64,000 nucleotides of DNA from Waterburya sp. (GCA_965217895.1 CBDCJV010000002.1:1312001-1376000); one strand, 5' to 3'. Positions 39,471-50,237 are shown, numbered from the stretch's first letter. A program made the numbers and translations. The notes: a model not told the origin generated them from the letters alone.

Positions 39471-41240
39471 TCAAGTTGGAGAAGAAGTTAATGCACCTGA
39501 ATATACTATGCCCCGTTTAGCATCAACTGTTAAAATCGCCCCTTCGCGGATAACTTCCGTGGCATTTTTAAAACCAACAATTACGGGTATACCCAAACGC
39601 AAGCCAATTACAGCAGCATGACTAGTTAAGTCATCCTCTTCTGTGATAATTCCTGATGCTTGACGAATAATATCTACAAATTGAGCATTAGTTGCAGGCG
39701 CAACCAAGATTTCCCCAGGATTAAAATCATGAATATCTCTGGCAGTATGAGCTACTCTAGCTCTACCGCTAATAGCTCCCTGTCCAATGCCTGAACCTTT
39801 CCCCAAAATAGCCTTAACTAGCTCTACCTTAATCAAATCCGTTGAACCAGCTACACCCTGGAGAGTTCCCGCCGTCATCACTACTAAATCTCCAGCAAAT
39901 AGCCAGCTTTTTTCTTGAGCCACATTAATTGCTGCTTCAAAAGTTTGAGTTGCCGAAGCCAAATCTAAAACCAACAAAGGTTTTACTCCCCAAACAAGCT
40001 GTAACCTACGGGCAACATAAACATGAGGAGTTATCGCCAAAATAGGCGTTTTTGGTCTAAATTTAGAGACATTGCGAGCAGTTGCACCTGTTTTTGTTAG
40101 GGTCATAATTGCTGATGCATCTAGTTGAGACGCAATTTGACCTACCGCAGCAGATATAGCATGGGTAATTGAACGTTTAGTTCGTTTCAGTTTGAGATTA
40201 TTTGTTGGCTGTTCTTGTTCAATACGACAGGCAATAGTTGCCATTGTCTCTACAGCCTGGACTGGATAGTTACCAACTGCCGTTTCATTTGAAAGCATTA
40301 CTGCATCCGTACCGTCTAAGATAGCGTTAGCCACATCTGATACTTCGGCACGGGTTGGTCGCGGGCTATTAACCATGCTGTCGAGCATCTGGGTAGCAGT
40401 AATAATTGGTATACCCAATCGATTGGCTGTAATAATTAAGCGTTTTTGCAGAATTGGCACATCTTCTGCGGGTAGTTCTACACCCAAGTCTCCTCTTGCT
40501 ACCATTACACCATCACAAAGAGAAAGAATAGCATCCATTTGCTCGATCGCTTCATGTTTTTCGATTTTAGCAATCACAGGAATAGACTTACCTGAACTAG
40601 ATATTAAATCCTTGATTTCTAAAATATCTTGAGGATTACGCACAAAACTAAGAGCAATCCAGTCAACTCCTTGATCTAAGCCAAACATCAAGTCTTCACG
40701 ATCTTTTTGAGTTAAGGCTTTAACTGAAAGAAATACACCAGGAAAGTTCACTCCTTTGTTACTAGAAAGATCTCCCCCGACAATCACTCGACAGTGTAAA
40801 TCTTGATTAGCTATATCAATTTTTTCTACCTTCATTTCTACCTTGCCATCGTCCAGCAAGATTGTGGCATTTTCAGGAACTTCTTGAGCTAACTTGTTAT
40901 AGCTGACGTAGCCTATTTCTTGGCTACATTCAACTTGGCGACTAGTCAAAATATATGGATCGCCATTTTTGAGGTTAATCTTGCCACTAGCAAACTTACC
41001 TAAACGAATTTTTGGTCCCTGTAAATCTTGCAAAATGCCGACTGGCTGATCTAGTTCAAAAGCTGTTTGTCGAATTAAACGTATTGCCTTTTGATGGTCT
41101 TGTTGTGTACCATGGGAAAAATTAATTCTTAGAGTTGTTGCTCCTGCTTTGATTAGCTGGCGAAGAACATCAGGCTGTAGCGTTGCGGGACCTACCGTGG
41201 CGACAATTTTCGTCCGACGTGGGTTGTTTGGCAATGGCAT
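39471..41240 (-). CDS. pyk: Pyruvate kinase with C-terminal PEP-utiliser domain
   Basis: TKIVATVGP, DLQGPKIR, VARGDLGVE, ATQMLDSM and TSHAAV. Confidence 0.98.
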   Translation of the reverse strand: MPLPNNPRRTKIVATVGPATLQPDVLRQLIKAGATTLRINFSHGTQQDHQKAIRLIRQTAFELDQPVGILQDLQGPKIRLGKFASGKINLKNGDPYILTSRQVECSQEIGYVSYNKLAQEVPENATILLDDGKVEMKVEKIDIANQDLHCRVIVGGDLSSNKGVNFPGVFLSVKALTQKDREDLMFGLDQGVDWIALSFVRNPQDILEIKDLISSSGKSIPVIAKIEKHEAIEQMDAILSLCDGVMVARGDLGVELPAEDVPILQKRLIITANRLGIPIITATQMLDSMVNSPRPTRAEVSDVANAILDGTDAVMLSNETAVGNYPVQAVETMATIACRIEQEQPTNNLKLKRTKRSITHAISAAVGQIASQLDASAIMTLTKTGATARNVSKFRPKTPILAITPHVYVARRLQLVWGVKPLLVLDLASATQTFEAAINVAQEKSWLFAGDLVVMTAGTLQGVAGSTDLIKVELVKAILGKGSGIGQGAISGRARVAHTARDIHDFNPGEILVAPATNAQFVDIIRQASGIITEEDDLTSHAAVIGLRLGIPVIVGFKNATEVIREGAILTVDAKRGIVYSGALTSSPT

Positions 41241-41672
41241 TACTTTACTTTATCTAGATTTACTAAACATACAGGGTGGATGCTTGCTCGACGACTTAAA
41301 ATAGAGCAAATTATGAAATTTGTGTCGCCTGCCTAGTTTACAACACTACAATTACGCCATGTAGATTTTTTGGAGAAGCGTTGACATTTAATTTGCTCTA
41401 TTAATCAATCTTTTAATACTAGTAGCTATCGATGCAATGCACAAAATCCTATTAAAGCTTTCACTGCATCACATTTTAAAGTCGAGCAATCTCTGGCTTT
41501 CTTTATATAAAGTTAAAGTACAAATTTAGTAGCTTTTGCCAATTAATAAATAATAGTTTTTGATTGCTATCTATTAAATTTTGCCATATTCTCGATCATT
41601 AATTACACCATGAAAAGTAGTTTTGGTAAATTATATATCTAGATTTGGTAAATTTTAAAATTTGTATGTTTT

Positions 41673-42311
41673 ATGGAACTTGATTTCCTCCGAGAAAATT
41701 GGCAAAGATTATTGTGGCAATTAGACTCTCAAACAGATGATAATAGACTGTTTTTTGAAAAGTTGATTCTAGAATATAGTAGTTTTGAGCGACATTATCA
41801 TGATTTAACTCATGTTCAACAGCTCTTAAAAACACTAGAAGAAGTAAAACAAAGTACTGATAATTATACGGCAATTTTATTGGCAGTCTGGTTTCACGAT
41901 TATGTTTATAATCCTCAACTTAAAGATAATGAGATTGAGAGCGCGCAGTTTGCAGTTAAATTTTTGGGGCAGTTAAATGCTGCTGAAAACCTTGTTGGGT
42001 TGGTAGAAAAGTTTATTCTCAGTACTCAACAACATCAACCGCTTATTGATGACTGGGACTGTATGACTTTTCTTGATGCTGATTTATCTATTCTAGGCGC
42101 GTCAACTGAAAAATACTGGCAGTATGCTTTTGATATTCGTCGAGAATACAAACACTTAGGCGATCGCGATTATTATCGGGGTAGAGCTAAGGTTTTGAAA
42201 AACTTTTTATCCAGAAGTAGGATTTACTATACCGATTATTTTCATCACAAGTTAGAAAAACAGGCTAGAGCTAATATGAAAATGGAAATTAAATCATACT
42301 TATTAGTGTAA
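41673..42311 (+). CDS. HD-superfamily metal-dependent phosphohydrolase-like protein
   Basis: RHYHDLTH, WFHDYVY, NE..SA, FLDADLSILG and IRREY. Confidence 0.88.
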   Translation: MELDFLRENWQRLLWQLDSQTDDNRLFFEKLILEYSSFERHYHDLTHVQQLLKTLEEVKQSTDNYTAILLAVWFHDYVYNPQLKDNEIESAQFAVKFLGQLNAAENLVGLVEKFILSTQQHQPLIDDWDCMTFLDADLSILGASTEKYWQYAFDIRREYKHLGDRDYYRGRAKVLKNFLSRSRIYYTDYFHHKLEKQARANMKMEIKSYLLV

Positions 42312-42467
42312 TTGTACACTCAATTATGTATAAACTTTTATTTTCTTATTACTATATTTATCGCTAACCAGCTAATACTGAAGTGGAAACATTTTTGGGT
42401 TTTGCTCTTGCATCTAAAGGTTAACTAGCAATTGTTAATCGACAATAAAAACTATCGTTTGCCAACT

Positions 42468-43031
42468 TTATTCAGCATTGGGAGTAACCCGAAGGTTGCT
42501 AGGTAAGGAAAGATCTGCTCCAAATCCCCGATCGTAAATCTCAATATCCCATTGACCAGAGCGATTAGCCTCAAAAGCAATAAAGCGTCCATTGCCACTA
42601 ATACTGGGTTGGCGAACCTCCCCTAAGAAATTTTTAGTTAGATTTTGGCTTTTTGCTGTTTGACGGTCGTACAAAAAAATATCAGTTTTACCTAACTGTT
42701 CGGATACATAAACAATATAGCGTCCATCAGCACTGATATCTCCTTCATACTGCATACTACCTGGCTGATTTACTCCAGGCAAAGCTATTGAACGACGACG
42801 CTGCATATCAAATAAAAATATACTGCGTTTGCTAGCGCGATCGCTAGTAAAAATTAGATAACGACCATCATGGGAAAAATTAGCATCTCCTTCTGCTGAA
42901 GCAGAGTTTAGCGTAGCGTTAAAGGTTTGAGTGGGAGGAGTGATATACCCTGAATCTCTACAGCCACTCAATACCAACATTAAGGTCGTCGTAGCCAATT
43001 TAATTAGATGTAGTTTAAGAAACCATTTCAT
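42468..43031 (-). CDS. TolB/PD40-repeat lipoprotein
   Basis: Lipobox LSGC; repeats S.DGRY and SGNGRFIAF; start probably ATG at 43031. Confidence 0.85.
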   Translation of the reverse strand: MKWFLKLHLIKLATTTLMLVLSGCRDSGYITPPTQTFNATLNSASAEGDANFSHDGRYLIFTSDRASKRSIFLFDMQRRRSIALPGVNQPGSMQYEGDISADGRYIVYVSEQLGKTDIFLYDRQTAKSQNLTKNFLGEVRQPSISGNGRFIAFEANRSGQWDIEIYDRGFGADLSLPSNLRVTPNAE

Positions 43032-43305
43032 TATGGTCGATAGTTTTGCTGGCTTCGGGTAAGGAACAGCAGTTGACGTTATCAAGACATACTTTTCCCC
43101 ATTGCAAAGACCAACGTACTAATTCAACACGGTTGATAACACCAGTTTTTTTGAGAATATTGCTAATGTGATTATCAACTGTTCTTTTGCTGATATCCAA
43201 TTGTTGAGCAATTTTATGGTTACTCAAACCAGTCACCACTAGCTCCACAATTTCTAATTCTCGCGTCGACAATAATGCTTCGTGACTGAGCTTTTCAGCT
43301 TCCAT
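43015..43305 (-). CDS. pedR: Small LuxR-type redox-responsive regulator PedR
   Basis: LuxR HTH with the C-terminal WGKVCLDNVNCC Cys motif. Confidence 0.85.
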   Translation of the reverse strand: MEAEKLSHEALLSTRELEIVELVVTGLSNHKIAQQLDISKRTVDNHISNILKKTGVINRVELVRWSLQWGKVCLDNVNCCSLPEASKTIDHNEMVS

Positions 43306-43828
43306 CGCTATTACCTAGTGTATTTACTTATTACTTTATCTATTTTAGAAGGTAATGTTTCTAGCTAATTGCCCATAAACTAACATTTGAATTAATATTT
43401 AACAATTCTATCAAACTGAAAACTATTGCTGGGTATGGGTTTGGATTTGAGGCAGCTTGTCTATTAAAGTAGGTATAGACTTTAGTATCAATTTTTACGC
43501 CTTTTGCTTTTCTTAATTCTTTACTAAATTAATTGCTGTTATTGCCAATATTTTCGTAACCAATATCTAAGTTTAACAATAATTTGAGCTACTGAATTAG
43601 CAAATGTCTATTAGTTTTTTGTAGGTGCGAAGCGTTTGACTTTAAAGTTATTACATAACAAATTTTATGAGGATCATTGCTTTACTTAAGAGTCGCGCTA
43701 CTTCATACACTCAAAAAGATCGTTTTACTCCTACATAATCTCTCAAGATATCAATAGCACACTTCACCCTACATTCCATTGTTTGCTCGGTGCATGAATT
43801 AATCTACTAGCTTGGGCAAAAATAAATA

Positions 43829-43996
43829 CTAAGCGTTTTTGAGTAGATTTTTAACTAAATTATCTTTAACCATCGTCTGGCGAAACATTTCTAACAAGTA
43901 TTCTTGTGCCTCTTCTTTACTGAGATTTTGCACCTGTTCTTGGAGAACCTTTAACTTGAATTTTTGCTCCAGGCTTAACTGTCCAGATAAATCCAT
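43829..43996 (-). CDS. nblA: Phycobilisome degradation protein NblA
   Basis: Not in the ORF track (55 aa): MDLSGQLSLEQKFKLKVLQEQVQNLSKEEAQEYLLEMFRQTMVKDNLVKNLLKNA; AAGGAG RBS. Confidence 0.93.
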   Translation of the reverse strand: MDLSGQLSLEQKFKLKVLQEQVQNLSKEEAQEYLLEMFRQTMVKDNLVKNLLKNA

Positions 43997-44291
43997 CAGC
44001 TTTACTCCTTACATCTAAAAATATTTAGCTAGTAGAATCATAATTTTCTACCTAACTATGGCTGAATTTTTAATCAATTTAACATCTACCAGTATAAGAT
44101 GTCTACGATGTCAAGTATTAATTAATCAAAGCAACAAAAAGTTATAAAATACTTATCAAAGAAGCAGCTTTTTGGTGTATTTTGATGCGGAAAAAACCTA
44201 AAAGCTTGCCATGAACAATTTTGCTCGTGCCGAGATTAAGCAAATCTAGATATAGTGAAAATACAAAAAATAAAAGATAATAATTATATAC

Positions 44292-44885
44292 ATGAATTCT
44301 ATAAAAGATGCCAAAGAGTTTTTTCAAAAGAGTGCAGGAAAATGGCGATCGCAACGCACTACTCATCACCTACCATTTAGAAGAGCAGAAAGCGGAAATT
44401 CCGACATCAATGTGGAGTTTCTCGACGCTGGTGATGAAAAAATAGCTGCCATCTGTCAAATGCACGACGTAGATCCGCAAACCTCAATTGGCGGTGCTTT
44501 TGTTAGCTGGGATGGTTCAATGGCATGGGACAAAGAAAACGAAGACCACAAAGGCACAACCGTGTTCGCCTTAATTCCCGACCCAGAAGACCCTAGAAAA
44601 GGCAAGCTACTTAGAGAAAGAGGCTATGCAGAAATTGTTCCTGTAGCTGGAGAATACGAGATGGACACAGAAGATGGATTAGTTTTAATTACCGAATACG
44701 AAACCATGAGCATCATCGAGCGTTTTTGGTTTGTTAACCCCGATTTGCGCTTACGAAGCAGCACCGTAAAAAGATTTGGTGGATTTAATACTGCTACTTT
44801 CTGTGCTGAGTCTAGGGTAGAAAAAGAAGCAACAAAAACTACAGAAAATATCGATACTAAAGCTTTCGCTATTTCAGGCTGGTAA
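44292..44885 (+). CDS. cpcS: Phycobiliprotein lyase CpcS/CpeS
   Basis: FFQKSAGKWRSQRTTHHL, LLRERGYAE and ERFWF. Confidence 0.92.
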   Translation: MNSIKDAKEFFQKSAGKWRSQRTTHHLPFRRAESGNSDINVEFLDAGDEKIAAICQMHDVDPQTSIGGAFVSWDGSMAWDKENEDHKGTTVFALIPDPEDPRKGKLLRERGYAEIVPVAGEYEMDTEDGLVLITEYETMSIIERFWFVNPDLRLRSSTVKRFGGFNTATFCAESRVEKEATKTTENIDTKAFAISGW

Positions 44886-44914
44886 TAGATTACCAATTAA
44901 GACTATTTCTATTT

Positions 44915-44973
44915 GGTGGGCAATGCAAGCTTATAGGTATGTAAATTACAAAACTATTTTTTGCCCACCCTAC
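44915..44973. repeat. REP-like element (reverse orientation)
   Basis: GGTGGGCAA...TTGCCCACCCTAC. Confidence 0.75.
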
Positions 44974-45125
44974 AATCTCAAATAAATGTCAAATGCTTAA
45001 TGTTTAATGTTCAATGCTTGATACTCTGTAATATTTTGTTACTGTTGTTTATTTCGACCCCCTAATTACCGTATGATTGGGACTAAGAAATTTTAATATA
45101 CAAAACAATAGACGGAGGTTTTGAC

Positions 45126-45884
45126 TTGTCTATTCCCTTATTAGGCTATAAGCCTAGCTCCCAAAATGCGCGTGTCGATGGATACGATATTGGGGGTGAT
45201 GACCAACCCAAAATTTTTTCAGCAGAGAACACATTTTCTTTGTCTGAGATGAATAACCTGATCGAAGCAGCATATCGCCAGATCTTTTTCCATGCTTTTC
45301 GCGCCGATCGCGAAAGATTTCTAGAGTCGCAACTGCGTAATCGCCAGATTACAGTCAGAGACTTCATTCGTGGACTTTTGCTCTCTGAAACTTTTTACAA
45401 TAGTTTCTATGAAAAAAACAGCAACTATCGCTTTGTTGAGCAGTGTATTCAACGAGTTTTAGGGCGGGATGTCTATAACGAAAGAGAAAAAATTGCGTGG
45501 TCGATTAAAATAGCCACCAAAGGTTTAGCGGGATTCATTGACGAACTGCTAGACAGTGATGAATACATGGAAAACTTTGGTTACGATGTTGTACCTTACC
45601 GTCGTCGTCGGGTACTTGCAAGTCGCGATCAAGGAGAGCGTCCTTTTAACATTACTTCTCCTCGTTACGACGAATACTATCGTGCTATTTTGGGATTCCC
45701 TCAAATTATTTGGCAAACCGAAGTTCGTTCTTATCGTCCTCAAGAGCAAAAAGCTCAAGCAGGAAGTCCTGCTTTATATATGGATATGGCTCGCAGCTTA
45801 CCTAGCAGAGCGAATGCTCCAAGCTCTACGTCTGTATCTAACATCAACTATATGTCTAAAGTTCCTTATCGCAAAACAAATTAA
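45126..45884 (+). CDS. cpcG: Phycobilisome rod-core linker
   Basis: [24 protein letters not shown] and [10 protein letters not shown]; hydrophilic C-terminus, so not CpcL. Confidence 0.93.
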   Translation: MSIPLLGYKPSSQNARVDGYDIGGDDQPKIFSAENTFSLSEMNNLIEAAYRQIFFHAFRADRERFLESQLRNRQITVRDFIRGLLLSETFYNSFYEKNSNYRFVEQCIQRVLGRDVYNEREKIAWSIKIATKGLAGFIDELLDSDEYMENFGYDVVPYRRRRVLASRDQGERPFNITSPRYDEYYRAILGFPQIIWQTEVRSYRPQEQKAQAGSPALYMDMARSLPSRANAPSSTSVSNINYMSKVPYRKTN

Positions 45885-46012
45885 TTTAGAGAAATCTAAT
45901 TTAAGTTTGGTTTTCAAGATTTGAAATAGGACACCTAAAGAGGGAGTTGTTAATTAGCGGAATAGTTTCGAGAGAAATTATGTGGTTAATTTGTGACCTT
46001 CCTCTTTTTGCT

Positions 46013-46074
46013 GTAGGGTGGGCATGAAATAAAATTCTGTTCATCATAAAAATACACTTGATTTAATACCCACC
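46013..46074. repeat. REP-like element
   Basis: GTAGGGTGGGCAT...ATACCCACC. Confidence 0.75.
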
Positions 46075-46080
46075 ATAGAA

Positions 46081-47013
46081 TCAACAATTAATTCGATTCC
46101 GCAAAACTTGCAAAAGCTTAGTAAATTCTACGGGTAACGGCGCGATCGCCTCAATCAATTCTCCTGAAATAGGATGTAATAAAGATAATTGCCGTGCATG
46201 AAGAGCCTGACCAGATAAATTGACCTTGAGTGAGCGATTTGAGCCGTAAGTAGAATCTCCCAGCAAGGGATGTCCCTGGTGAGCGCAATGAACCCTAATC
46301 TGGTGAGTACGTCCTGTTTCCAAGAGAAACTGCATCAAGCTGTAGTTGCCAATTCTTTCCAAGGTTTTCCAATGGGTAACGGCTTCTCTTCCGCCTTTAT
46401 CTATAGGAACAACTGCCATTTTTTGGCGATCGCCCTTGTGACGACCGATGGGCAAATCAATTTTGCCTGCTTCTGTGGCAAAAGAACCATAGATCACTCC
46501 CCAATATTCTCTTCTAGCAGTTTTGGCTTTAATTTGTGCCTGCAAGTCTTGATGGGCGCGATCGCTTTTTGCCACAACAATAGCTCCCGTAGTATCTTTA
46601 TCAAGACGGTGAACAATGCCTGGACGTTCTACACCGCCAATTCCTGCTAAAGTATCGCAATGATACAGTAAGGCATGAACCAGCGTTCGAGTATAGTGTC
46701 CTGGCGCGGGGTGAACTACCATGCCTGCGGGTTTATTCACAATAATTAGATGTTCGTCTTCATAAAGAATATCTAGGGGAATATTTTCTGGGGTCAAATC
46801 TAATTTTTCAGGTTCAGGAATAACCACATACAGAAAATCACCAGGAGCAACTTTAACCTTTTTGCTGGTGCAAACTCGATTATTAAGCTGAATATTGCCA
46901 TTTTCAATTAACTTTTGAATGCGAGAACGAGAAATATCGGTTAGATTCTCTGATAGCCAGCGATCTAGGCGATTTCCTGTATTTGTTACCTGTAGTTTAA
47001 TCTCTTGAATAAT
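46081..47013 (-). CDS. RluA/RluD family pseudouridine synthase with N-terminal S4 domain; start codon uncertain
   Basis: NKPAGMVVHP, HRLDKDTTG and TGRTHQIR; frame is open upstream of 46827 to 47031 and encodes RLDRWL..ISRSRIQKLI. Confidence 0.9.
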   Translation of the reverse strand: MIQEIKLQVTNTGNRLDRWLSENLTDISRSRIQKLIENGNIQLNNRVCTSKKVKVAPGDFLYVVIPEPEKLDLTPENIPLDILYEDEHLIIVNKPAGMVVHPAPGHYTRTLVHALLYHCDTLAGIGGVERPGIVHRLDKDTTGAIVVAKSDRAHQDLQAQIKAKTARREYWGVIYGSFATEAGKIDLPIGRHKGDRQKMAVVPIDKGGREAVTHWKTLERIGNYSLMQFLLETGRTHQIRVHCAHQGHPLLGDSTYGSNRSLKVNLSGQALHARQLSLLHPISGELIEAIAPLPVEFTKLLQVLRNRINC

Positions 47014-47168
47014 AGCTTTATTGTCTAAATACTACGGACTTTAATTTTAAAGAGTTTTGGCACTAGTTTTCGCTATTATTTAGATGACCCTGCATTCAGC
47101 ATTGAATATTAAATATTGAACTTGCCAAATAAATAATGTTAAATGCCAAATGTTAAATGTTAAATGAG

Positions 47169-47864
47169 ATGACTAGTATTACTAAATCCGCTTATAGCGA
47201 TCGCCAAATTATGGCTTGGTTCAGAGGCTTATACACTGTTGCTTTGGCAGACGGACATTATGACCCCGAAGAACAGGAACTTATTAGTCAACTCACTCAA
47301 GATTTGGCTAATTTTGATGATGTTAAAAGTTTAGAAACTATTACTCCTGAAGAACTGGCTGCTAGTTTAGGCAAAGACTCTGAAACAGCCGAAAACTTTT
47401 TGCGTACTTGCGTATTAGTAGCTGTAGCTGATGGAGTCTATTCTCAGCCTGAATACGATCTAATGCAGCAGTTTAGTAATGCTTTAGAAATTGAAGTAGA
47501 AGCTCTCAAATCTTTAGAGCATACTCTATATAAGCCAGAGGCACAAGAAACTACCGCAGGTGCTGCCTCAAGCTTGACACCGCCTAAAAAATCTAAATGT
47601 AGTGTAGACGTACTGCATCCCGTTAAAGATTGGCTAGAAGGCATGGAGGTCAAAGATCCTCGTTTGGCTAAATTTGTCTGTAAAGTGATTCCACCCCAGT
47701 GTCCTTTTGAACGGGATATCAATTTATTTGGACGCAAAGTAGCACATATTCCTCCTCTTTGTAAGCTAAATCCTTTATATGAGCAGTTCACCATGTTACG
47801 TTTTCGTTCTCTGTCTTATTTAGCCGACGACTGTGGCGAAGATGTGACTAAGTATATTCAGTAA
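47169..47864 (+). CDS. TerB-like + Mo-dependent nitrogenase C-terminal-like domain protein
   Basis: ALADG and VAVADG repeats; IPPQCPFERD and IPPLCKLNPLY; ATG at 47169 preferred. Confidence 0.88.
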   Translation: MTSITKSAYSDRQIMAWFRGLYTVALADGHYDPEEQELISQLTQDLANFDDVKSLETITPEELAASLGKDSETAENFLRTCVLVAVADGVYSQPEYDLMQQFSNALEIEVEALKSLEHTLYKPEAQETTAGAASSLTPPKKSKCSVDVLHPVKDWLEGMEVKDPRLAKFVCKVIPPQCPFERDINLFGRKVAHIPPLCKLNPLYEQFTMLRFRSLSYLADDCGEDVTKYIQ

Positions 47865-47891
47865 TTAATTTAGGATTTAACATTTCATAAA

Positions 47892-48902
47892 ATGCAATTT
47901 ATCGATTTAGCAGAAATAGAAGTAGTAGCGGGTAATGGAGGCGACGGCATGGTGGCATTCAGGCGCGAGAAATATGTGCCTGCGGGAGGGCCTGCTGGGG
48001 GAAACGGTGGCTGGGGTGGTTCAGTGATTTTAGTCGCTTGCGATCGCCTGCAAACCCTCTTGGATTTTCGTTATGCCAGGATCTTTAAAGCTGAAGATGG
48101 GAAAAAAGGAGGGCCTAACAATTGTACTGGAGCTAAAGGAAGCGATCGCCTGATTGAAGTTCCCTGTGGTACTGTAGTTACCGATGTGGACACGGGAGAT
48201 GTTATAGGTGACTTGACTACCAATGGCGAAACTTTTTGCGTTGCCAAAGGTGGAAAAGGAGGTCTAGGCAATAAGCATTTTTTGAGCAATAGTAACCGCG
48301 CTCCAGAATATGCATTACCAGGGTTAGAAGGAGAAGTAAAACGTTTACGCTTAGAATTAAAGCTGATCGCTGAAGTAGGCATTATTGGCTTACCTAATGC
48401 AGGAAAATCTACTCTAATTTCTTCTTTATCTTCAGCTAAACCCAAGGTGGCAGACTATCCTTTTACTACCCTTGTACCTAACCTAGGGGTGGTACGTAAG
48501 CCAACAGGAGACGGTACGGTGTTTGCCGATATTCCTGGATTAATTTCTGGCGCATCTGAAGGTATTGGTTTGGGTCATGAGTTTTTGCGCCATATCGAAC
48601 GAACCCGTGTCTTACTGCATCTAATCGATGCCACGGCTGAAGATCCCATAGCCGACTATCAAACAATTCAACAAGAATTAGCAGCCTACGGGCATGGATT
48701 GCCTGAACGTCCTCAAATTATTGCTTTTAATAAAACAGATGCGGTAGATGCCGAAACTTTGGAACTTCTGACCGCCGAATTACAAGAGCTTACTTCTGTG
48801 CCAATCTTCCATCTCTCAGCAGTAACCCGCTCAGGATTAGATATTTTGATGCAAGAAGTCTGGTCTATTTTAGATACTGAAGAGTTATTAATAATGAACT
48901 AG
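47892..48902 (+). CDS. obgE: GTPase ObgE/CgtA
   Basis: FRREKYVPAGGP, GLPNAGKST, YPFTT, DIPG and NKTD. Confidence 0.98.
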   Translation: MQFIDLAEIEVVAGNGGDGMVAFRREKYVPAGGPAGGNGGWGGSVILVACDRLQTLLDFRYARIFKAEDGKKGGPNNCTGAKGSDRLIEVPCGTVVTDVDTGDVIGDLTTNGETFCVAKGGKGGLGNKHFLSNSNRAPEYALPGLEGEVKRLRLELKLIAEVGIIGLPNAGKSTLISSLSSAKPKVADYPFTTLVPNLGVVRKPTGDGTVFADIPGLISGASEGIGLGHEFLRHIERTRVLLHLIDATAEDPIADYQTIQQELAAYGHGLPERPQIIAFNKTDAVDAETLELLTAELQELTSVPIFHLSAVTRSGLDILMQEVWSILDTEELLIMN

Positions 48903-49007
48903 CTCAAATTTTACTGTGCAGAACGATCTGATCGTAGTGTGATATGAAATGCCTTAATTTTTAGCCTAATTGAATTTGGATACTAGATCTCAAACTCTAC
49001 TCAACTT

Positions 49008-50237
49008 TTAAACTTTTGAATTCTTTGAAGAGATTGCAGTTCCAACAGTGCTGTCCACTACTCGACAAATTTGTTTTCTATATATCCACAATAGAGCAGC
49101 TAGTACTATTAGAGAAACTCCTACAAATCCGTAAGTTGCTGTCATACCAAAGTTTTGTCTAATTGGTTGGGAAACGATGGGAGAAAGAAACTGACCTAAA
49201 AACATAAATGTAGTAAGACCCCCTAGCGCCCTTCCTCGCAAAGTGTCTGGAACTTCATTAACAGTCCAAACATTCAGGTTAGGCATCATTAAACCCAATC
49301 CGATCCCAGTCGGGATAAGTACTAGTAGTATAAGCCAATAGCCGCTAACCAACCCGATACCAAAATAGCCCAAACCTATTAGTCCAAAAGCGATCGCCAG
49401 AATTTTAATAAAACTAAAGCGCTTTTTGAATCTACCATAGTTCATAGAAGCAAAGGCGCTAAAAAGGATAGAAAAAGCGATCGCCAGTCCAGTCTGAGTA
49501 GCTCCTGCTCCTGAAAGCTATTCGAGGTAAAAGGGCAATTGTACGGGAATTAAGTAAAAGACAATTTGCTGTAGCATCACGCAAGTGTATATTAGCACTA
49601 GCAGCTTTATAGGAAGCTTTGCTGCGTGTAGTGTTGTACCTGTGTCTGCAATGTTAATTTTAGGTCGTAATGGCTCGTATATGGTAAACACAATACCAGG
49701 TATTAATAGCCATGAAAATAGATAAATTAAAAAGGGAAACCGCCAGTTTAAATCGGCAATAAATCCACCCACTGATAGAAATAGAACACCGCCAAAGCCC
49801 ATAAATGCAGCCTGCAAACCCATGAAGTTTGCTCTTGCGTCGTCTTGGTAATAATCTGCAATCAGAGTTGTAGCACTAACCATCACCCCTGCGACTGCCA
49901 ACCCTAACAGCGCCCGTCCGACGAGAATAGCAAAAATCGAATTCAGTACAAAACCCGAACCGCCAGCGAAGCCATACAGAATTGCAGAACCCAACAATAG
50001 GGGCTTGCGACCAATTTTATCAACTAGTTGACCAGCAATAGGCGAACCAAATGCAATAAATAGGGCAGGCACTGTCAGTACTAGCCGTACCCAAAACTCG
50101 GAGTTGGTAACGTCTGAAAAGTTCGCCTGCATAGCAGGTAGAGAAGGCGCAATCGTAGCTCCTGACATTACCGTAAGCGTGCTGGCTAGCAAGATTGTAA
50201 TTTTTGTCAGCCTTAAATTCGGATTTTTAGCGCTCAT
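49008..50237 (-). pseudogene. MFS transporter interrupted by a single in-frame TAG
   Basis: The two ORF-track pieces share one frame; TAG at 49518-49520 is followed by LSGAGATQTGLAIAFSILFSAFASMNYG; motif A DKIGRK. Confidence 0.88.

Noticed and set aside
44092..44106. NtcA box upstream of nblA
   Set aside because: Spacing is GTA-N9-TAC rather than GTA-N8-TAC; the same applies to the site near 45028 upstream of cpcG
47169..47864. Nitrogen fixation gene
   Set aside because: The domain name is historical; no nif genes or nitrogenase motifs are in the window
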